The notes under the pieces: model-generated
Told to the model about the DNA's origin: nothing
The model's input: the letters and a program-made list of their open reading frames with translations, nothing else
Database searches by the model: none
In this document: positions 1 to 9,000 of the stretch, one piece after another
How the letters are laid out: each line of letters opens with the position of its first letter
How positions within the stretch are numbered: position 1 is the first letter of the stretch
Source of the DNA: Caecitellus pseudoparvulus
Taxonomy: Eukaryota > Protista > Bigyra: Bicosoecida
Reading direction: 5' to 3'
Assembly (NCBI GenBank): GCA_965644315.1
Contig: CBFFRQ010000044.1
Coordinates: 186,001-250,000 of the forward strand
DNA: 64,000 nucleotides
Made by a program: the position numbers and the translations under genes

Positions 1-3000
1 TACGCCTACCTGCGCTGTGGTTGGTGCTACGGCACTCGCAGGGTCCAACCCTGGCTTTGCAGCACAACTTGACGGCTTCCCTTCTCGCACCGGCGCGTTT
101 GGATCATCCATCGCAGTTTCTCATGGTGCAAGAAATGATGGAAAGGTGCTGCTTCTGATTGGAGAACAGCTGAGGGACTTTTCAGAGACGATACCAGATG
201 TTGGGGCTGTGTGGTTTCTTACGGTGACAAGCTCGCTCAACGTATCCTCCTTCTCCATTCTCGACAGCACCCAGCTTGGAAAGTTCGGGGTGAATGTTCT
301 TGCTGCTGGCCACATGCACATTGGCTCGAGTTTAGCTATTCTGCCTCATGACCGAAGTGTGCCATTCCCTGGCTTGTTTTTATACCCTCGCGTGATGGTC
401 GGGGCTGCAGGCCGGCCTGGCGACGCGGGGACCATCTTGAGCATGCGTGTGGACGACCACGCCGAAGTGGAGACAATTTCTGCTCTGAAGGCTACTTATC
501 AAAGTCCCTTTGGGATGAACTCGGGTCAAGCGCTTGCGTCTGTGGGAGATGTAGACGGCAATGGCTTTTCCGACTTCTTGTGGGGGTTCCCCGGCGATGG
601 CGGGTCTGCCGAGGACACGGGCAGCTTTGTGGGCTTCACGCTAGACATCACAAGGAACGCCTACGACTATTTCCGATTCTTGTTGGTGCCCCCGTACGAT
701 CAGATCAACTTGGATCAAGGGGATGGCTTCGGGGCCGCCCTGATTGCTTTCCCACATAGTGGTGGAGGTGTGCAGCGACTTCGCTTCGGGGTCGGTGCGC
801 CGTCGAAGGGCGCTTCTGGGCACCTATTCATCATGCAGACTGACTATGCACACGCGCCAGTGACTCAATCATCCCTGGGCATTGAGACTGTTGAGCACAT
901 AAGCCAAGGTGAGACAATGGTTCTTGGTGGGGTGATGTTCGGCAGCGAGCTCGCAGCTGGGCTTGTCGCTGGCCTGTGGAACGAAGATTCGATACCAGAC
1001 GTTGTGATGCTGCAAGCTTTGACAAAGAGCTTCGCTTTCATGTTTTCAACTGCAAATGGTGGCCTTTGCTGCTCCCGGAACGTATCGTTGGCGTCGCTGC
1101 CCTTCTTCGCCAGTGTTACGTTTGAGTTGCTGCAAGGCGCTGCCCGCCTTTGCGACCTTGATGCTGATGGAATGGATGAACTGCTATTCACCGCTAACAT
1201 CCATGGAACACTGGGTGCAGAGGGCCGCGTGTTCATGCTGAGGCTCATGCACCCTCAGGAGCTGTCCGTATCGTCCATCTCGGCAGGCACACCGCTGGAG
1301 TCCTATTTGGACTTCTTGGTTGCAGGGAGTCGCTTCGCAGTAGCACTCTCCCCCTCGTTCAGTGCGAGCGGTGTTGGTCCTCACCGAGACGTTCTCGCAT
1401 TGAGCTTGGAAGGCGATTTCTCTCCCTATGCACTGCAGGTCATTCACTTTCAGCAGAATGGTTCGCTGAACGAAACTCAAAGTTTTCACTTCATCCCTGG
1501 GATAAGCCTGCTTGACTTGGCCAGCAACCCAGTCGTCCCGACGGGCTCTTTGGCGTTACTTTTGTCTGCAACTGGCACAACCACCTTTGCAGTGGGCTGC
1601 TCCAGCAGTGCCGGGCGTGATGTGGTGGTCCTCTTGAGGATTTCAGGAGTTGTCCCGCAGCAGCCTGCCGTCTTGGTCCCTGTTGAGACGATTGAGCCCT
1701 CAGCGAGGATGTTCACGTTCTCACCGCAGATTGGCATTGATGACGAGTGGGGCTCCGCTTTGGGTTCTGGTGACGTGGACGGGGACGGCTTGCCAGAGCT
1801 GCTGATCAGTGCACCTGCCAGAAACGCAACTGGATCCGCGTGGGCGTTGTCATTCTTCTCATACTCCACAGGAGTTGTCCGTGATGTTCTGTCACTCGAA
1901 GGCTGGGCTCCCCCGATTGCATCTTCACCAGCCGCACACCTGGCCACGAAGCATAGCTGCTACGGCGCGAGTGTAGCTGTTCTTCGCAGGCCTTGGACAG
2001 CTCAGGGTTCCATTCTCATCGGGGCTCCATGTGAAACGTCTGCCGCCGCGGCAGGGGCGGTGCTTGTGCGCACAGGGGGCTCACCGCTCCCCCCGCCTCA
2101 GGCACAAGTGGTCTCCGTCGGCACACTGGCTCCAGGCCACGGCGGCATGTCTGATGATGTGGGTGGAAGTGCACGACTAGGGGCAAGTGTGGGCATCGCA
2201 CAGGGCTTTGGGACAGCGGCTGAACACGTTCTTGTTGCCTCACTGCCTGGCCAAGACCTTGGTGGCGCTTCTGGCGAGCAAGGAACGCTTGGCTTCGTCT
2301 TCCTCCTCGCGGATGGAAGCGCCGAGAGGGCCAATTTTCTGTCAGCGTCTCTGCTTCTGGCCTCTCTCCCATCTCGTGCTCTCCAGCCACTTCCAAATTC
2401 GACCATGGCCGTGGTATCTCTGGGACCACTTGAGCGCTCTGGCCCGCATGTTCTCGTGTGCGGCTTGCCACACTATGCAGACTCAAGCACGCCTTCAGAT
2501 ATAACGGGGGCACTCATGATCGTCAAGGTAGTTGGTCCAAACGCCACAGTGCAACTTCATGATTCGTTTGCAGGAGAGTCGTCATACCCTGGTCAGAGCC
2601 TCTTTCTCGGCTCAGCCCTGGCGTCTGTGGCGGATATGGATGGGGATGGAGTGCCGGACATAGCTTCAGGCGCTCCTGGCTTTGCCAGCGGGCATGGGGG
2701 TGTGTTTCTGCACTTTCTGACTTCAAATGGGTCCGTGTCTCGAGAGAACGACGTGCTCGACTGCTCTATTCCCAACGCTTGCATGCAAGGCACGCCAGCA
2801 GTCTTGGCCGGTGGATCTTCCCTCGCACACTTGGGTCCATCGCCGTACGACGTGGGGCAGCGCCTTGCAGTTGGCATGCCCGGGCGTGCCGAAGGACTGC
2901 AAGGCGTACAGAGTCGCATTGTTCTTATCGACATAGGCCCAGCCAGCACCATTCTGCACCGAATCTTCATTTCGCCTGAAAGCATCGTTGGGCCCCAGAT

Positions 3001-6000
3001 GCGACCTGGTTCAATGTTTGCAGCCGCTCTGGCTGCAGCGGGAGATGTCAACCTTGACGGTGCGCCCGACCTCGTTGTGGGGGCACCTGCTGTGTCCGAG
3101 ACTGCTCCAGAGCAGTGTGGAGCTGTCTGGATACTCACACTACCCCATCATGGAGGTATCGTGAATGGGTCACGTCTGGGCGTTGCAGAGGAAGGAGTTC
3201 TTGCACCTCGTGTGAACTGCTCAGCTGGGTTTGGCTCGTCGATCGCAGTGCTGCCGGATGTGCAAGGCACGGGGCGACTCTCCTTGGTCGTAGGCATGCC
3301 CTCATTCTCTTCACCAGGTGGAGGTCTGGATGGTCCAACTGGGGCACTTGCGCTCGTGCACACAACCCTGCCAGCGGGCCGCCCCCCTGCGCCTGTCATC
3401 ACAAGTGCCAAGTCGCCCAGCCCTTCAACAGACAGTGTCCTCAGCAGCGATGCAAACCTGCTTGCAAGCACCTACTTCGGAGCAGCAGTGGGCTGGCTGG
3501 ATGATTTGGACGGAAACGGCTGGCCTGAGGCACTGGTGGGTGCCCCGGGCTACCTAAATGGCGGGATGTTCGTGCTGTACATGGGCCCTGGTAGTTCCAT
3601 CTTGCATAAGCGTTCTGCTGTGCATGGCGAAGGCCCGCTGTACTTTGGGCAAGACGCTCAGGGTCCAGGCACCAGGTTCGGGCGGGGCCTTGCAGTTGTT
3701 CCAGACGCGAACGGGGATGGCTGGCGCGACGTAGTGGCGGGGCTCAGCGGGGCGAGATCGTCACGGGGAACAGCAGTTCTGCTGTACCTCTCCGCTCCGC
3801 ACTCTGAGCACGTGTTTTCGAATTGGACGTGCCTAGGTGATGACGCAGAGGGGCACGTATCGCCCAGCACGGTTCGTAGCTTGGGTGTGACAGTCAGCCA
3901 CGCAGGAGTGCTGGAGAATGGCTCCCCTCCCGCTCTATTGGTTGCAGCTCAATTATCTGAGAACACGACAAGCAGTGGCGTAGCGTTCATTATTCGTGTG
4001 CCTGAACTTGGCCAACCGAGAATTCTGAGCACTTTGGGCGTCGGGCTGGGTGGAATTGGGACCCCTGCCGGCTCTGACGGCAGCTCTTTTGGCTGCTGGC
4101 ACAGCGCTGCGTATGTCGGCATATCGGGACACCCTGCCGGGAAGAGCCGAGTTGCCTTGGCCTGCCAAGGGAGTAGCTCGTCTGGCTCTGCTGGGACGCA
4201 GGAGGTCCTTCTTGTTGTCGACGTGGCACGGGACGGGAGCCCCGTCGACTACGCATTTATCATGGCATCTGAAGCTGAGAACTCCGGCCCGTTTCAACCA
4301 GGCAGCTTGCTTGATGTCGGGGCGTTTCTGTCTGGCTTTGGTGATGCCAGTGGTGACGGCACATCTGACCTGCTGGTTGGATTCGCTGAGAATGGGCCCC
4401 TTGGGTTTCGCGATGGCTTCGCTGTGCTCCATCTGGGACATCGAGGGGGGCTGAAGCAAGTGCAAAGGCTTGACAGCGCTGTCGAGCCCATGCTTGTATC
4501 TCAATCCCCATCTGCCTTTGCCGGTGCAAGCGTGCTGGCGTCAAGCATGGCTGCGACGTCAGGGCCGCACGGCGTGGCTCTTATTTTTGGAGCGGGCGCA
4601 CGCAGGCGTTTCTCGCAGAGTGGCTCATATGTGGGAAGGATTACGTTTGCCCACCTGGACCTTCCTTGGCGGCCATCAGGGGACCTACCCTCCCCGATCG
4701 GGAGCACAGTTCACGCCACGAGCCAGCTCACACCGATGCCTTCGGAAGAAAGAGGAGCGTCATTTGGCAGTGCTCTTGGTCTGGCAGGTGATGTTGATGG
4801 TAATGGAGTCTTGGATGTTGTCATCGTGGGTGAGCACGCCAGCAGCTCTCCAGGAAGCTCGGGCTTGTGGTTGATGTTCTTGGATTCATCCAGCGGAGAG
4901 CAAGCTGTTGACTCGCGTTTCATCACGTCGGATGCAGGGGGCTTTGTCGGGCAGCTTGTGCTGCCAACGGGGGCATTTGCCGATTCGTCGCAAGTCATCG
5001 CCCACATGCCGAGCCTGGCAGGCGGGGACGCAGTTTCTGTGGTGGCAGTCACTGCGACCGCCCATGCGGGGCAAAGCTGCCCAGCTTGCGCAGGAACCTG
5101 GCTGCTGCATCTCAATGCTAGTGGTGCTGTCATCCACCAACATAGTCTGAACAACGCGCAAGGGGCATTCAACGGCCTGCCAGCGAATACGTACCCCACC
5201 TCAGCCCTTGCAGTTGCTGGTGACGTGGATTGTGACGGGGTTGAGGAGCTTGTCCTTACGCTTCGCAGTCATTCTCCCCTGCTTGGTGGGGCATCATCCC
5301 AAACTATTGATGGTGCAGGGGGGGCATGGGTGGTGTTCGTCGAGCCTCCAGGGGTCTTGCGGCTGGCACGCCCGCTCCACACCCATGGTGGTTTGCTGCA
5401 TCCGCACCTCCTGCCACATGGCGCATTTGGCACTGCTGTTACGAGCTTGGGGATCTTGGACCATGCCCAGGAAACGGCCGTTGTCGTATCTGATGACAGG
5501 CCTGCCTCTGGCGCCTTACCAAACTCCACGCTGCCAGTGCTGACAGTTCTCGGCCTGAGTCAGGCTGGCGGAGTCTCCTGGCTGCATGAGCTGCACAGCA
5601 CGAGCATGCCACCTGGAAGACAATGGCCTCCAGGGAGCAGGTTTGGCACATCTCTGTCCTCCGTGGGTCACTTGATCGGCGGCGGGGCGCCGACCCTGCT
5701 TGTGGGCGCGCCGCGACAGCCTGGCTGGGCTGGGGGATCAAGCAGTCCAGGAGTGGCCTGGTTACTCACCTTGACAACTGACGCATCGACGGCGGTGGAT
5801 GTGCAGCGCATCGGGCATGGTGTCTCGCGCCTGCTCATTTCCTCTGAGCCAGACGGCTTAAACTTTGGGGCTGCCCTGGCCATGGGAAGCCTCGCACCTG
5901 CTGCCAACGGCAGTGGCAACGCCACGCTCCTCGTGTCCTCCCCCACGGCCCCATCAGGGCTGCAGCAGAACTCCAGTGGAGCTGCGTACCTGTTCAGCAC

Positions 6001-9000
6001 CTCTTTGCGCCTGAATTCCACACTTGCACCGACTTGCCTGTCGCTTCCTGGCATTCGGACTGACTTCGCCGCATCACCCTTGCGGCACGACCCCCTGCAA
6101 GGATTGTCTCATGCTGATTTGGGTTTCCCACTTAGCTCTAGCTTGGGCACTTCCGTTGCTGCGCTGAATGAAAGTGACGGCGGGGGAGTGGTGGTGTTGC
6201 TAGTTGGCGCTCCAGCATTCGGCAGCGCATCTTGTGCTGGCTGTGGCGGAGTTCTCATTTTGCGGATGCAAGGATTGAACGAAGTGGGTCCCAGGCAAGT
6301 GCTGGATGCGAGCAGTATGGGCTCCTTCAGCAATTTAGCGCCAGTGGCAAGTTTTGGCAGGAGCGTCAGCATTTGGGCTGACGACTCCACAGGCACACTG
6401 TTCGCAGCGGTGGGCGCGCCCGGCTCGACTTCTGCCTCGCCTCCGTGGAGGATTTTGTTGTTCGCCGCACCTGGTGGTACATTTTCGCTGATTGATGAAG
6501 TGAACTCCACGGATTCATTGGGCCTCGGGTGGGGTCCGGGGGCACGGGGTGGCTGGTCACTTGCCTCGCTTACTGTGGGCACAAGACACGCTGTGCTTGC
6601 TGGTGCAACAGGTGCGCTGTCTACTGGCCACATCGTGGGGAGCGCAGGCCTGGTGTTCTTGGGCACGCATGGGACATTTACTGGTGCCAGGCGCATCACT
6701 GACGGACTGGGGCTGCCCGCGCATGCCCAGGCAGGTTTCGCGGTGGCCCGCTTGCCAGACTTGGACGGAAACGGCCAAGACGAAGCTGTGGTGGCTGCAC
6801 CTGGCCACCTTCCTAGTGGCAGCATCCATGTGATCTTCCTGCTCCCCTCCGGGCATATCTCGCACAGTGCGGGCGTGGACGGGCAACAAGTGGGCAATTC
6901 CGCCGAGAACTTACTTGGCAGTGCACTGCTGGGTTTGGGCCCTGGCGTAGATGGTGGGGTTAACCTGCTGGTTGGCAGCCGTGCAAACATCTCCGGGGTG
7001 GGCGCTGACTCGGCAATCTTGCTCAGCTGGAATTCCAACGGCACAGTGCGGCGCTTTGAGCGCTTGGAAGCACCGCGAGGTCGCAGGCTGCAGGCGTCAT
7101 CAACGGGGCTTGGCTCATCTTTTGCCGTGCAAGACCTGACATGGGGCACGGGAGGTGTGCCTGAGTACACTCTGGTGGGCGGAGGCTTTGGGCAGCCGAC
7201 CAGTGGCCTGCAGCGGTTCGTGCTGCGACGAGGTGCAGCGTTGCCGTCTCCGTCACGCACGACCACCCCAACAGCTTCCCCGACACCCTCGCCCACACCC
7301 TCCGCAACACGAACCCCAAGTCCACTCCCCAGTTCCCCACCTGCTGGTCCTGACCCTAGCCCCAGTCCAGCGGCCGTGGCACCAGATGTGTGCCGCGGGC
7401 TGTGGTGGGCGACTTGCGAAGAAGACGCAGGCGTGGCGGAGCAAGTCCGAGTCCAGGCACTTCCGGGGGTTTGGTGCGAGGGCTGCACTGGACCAGCCGA
7501 GTTTCTGCAGCGCTACTCTGAGCAGCCATCCTCCTTGCTCCTGTGCCCCAGGGCGGGCGCGTGCGAGGCACGGCTTGGAACCGACGCAGCGTCGCGTTGT
7601 GCTGCGGGGCACACAGGCGCTGCCTGCGCTGCCTGCCAGCAGGGCTATGCACCTTATCAGGGCTCTGACTGTGCGCCCTGTGTGCCCTGTGCAGGTGCGG
7701 GCTTGGGCATTGCTCTTCTTGCCTGTGTACCGGCCCTGCTGCTGTTGGGAGTGGGCTTCTTAACCTTCAAGGCGCTGCAAAACCGCGGTACACTCCAGCA
7801 AGACCTACTCATGGGTGCTCTGCGTGTGGCGTTGAACTACGTAGCCCTTCTAGGCTACGCTGCCATTGCGTTGCAGCCGATGACCGCTGATGGGCTGGGG
7901 CTGCACAAGCGCGCCGTGAGCTTGCCGCAATGGCAGGGAGCGTGTGGCAGGCAGGAGTCTAGCCATCGACGTGCAGTTCATCAGCTGCTGAATGGCACCG
8001 TGGGTAGCATGGCCGCCAATGCTAGCGCTTGGGTCAGCGACGCGGCACTGTGGACAGGCGACGATGACGGCTTCAGAGGGGGAGCTGCCTCCGATATTTC
8101 GGCATTTTTCTCAGGACTGGCTGCCAGCACGGGAGCATTGCCACTGTCGTCGATCGGGGGGCTTGAGTGTATACTTGGTCATAGTTCCTTTGCGCAGCAA
8201 CTGCAACTCTTTGCCTGGTTCGCGTTCGTTGCTCTCACAGCTGCTGCTGCCCTGCAGCTGGTATTTCATCTTGTGCCTGACCTGTGCTCTGGCCGCAGCG
8301 CAGGGACCAAGTCCCAGGCTCCAATGAAGGCAGTGCCAGGGCGGAGCCATGTCAAGGGATCACGAGCGTCTGACCACACGGCTCCCAAGCAAGGGTTAAC
8401 AGCAAACCCACTCCTTGCAGCTTCAAAGGCGCCGTCGACGCCAGCGAGCCCCCCAACAGCTGGGCAGGCAGGCAAGCCGGACGCAGCAACGGCCCACTCT
8501 ACAGGTGTGCAGCTTGCATGGGGCGCAGGGCGGTACATGTGGTCTCTGTACTTGCTGGTGTGGGGTGCGACTGTCGCTGCTTCCCTGCAACTGCTGTCGC
8601 CGCCCTTGCAGCTGCCGTCTGGGACTGTGTTCTCCTTGCCTTCGTCCTTGGGTGTGGACCCCTCAAAGCAGGGCCTCATACCACTGGCCCTCTTCAGCGT
8701 TATCCTGCATGCGGCAGTGTTCCCCGTCGCCTTACTTGCTCTGCTTCGCGTGCGGGGGGCTGCCTTGCTGGATGCCGGTAACCACTCCAGCGTGACGCTG
8801 TCCGTGTTCACAGACGGCTATCGCCTGCAACTGACCCCCTCCCAAGCGGAAGCCGTCACGCGGAAGGCCTTGGGAAAGGCACGGGCGTCAGCATCACAGG
8901 AGGAGCGCAAGGTGCACGCCGCGGCAGTTGCGCTGTCCGTGCACATGAGCAGGAAGCTGGCTGGTCGTTGTTTTGGCCTCGCCCGACTGGTGCCTAGCCA

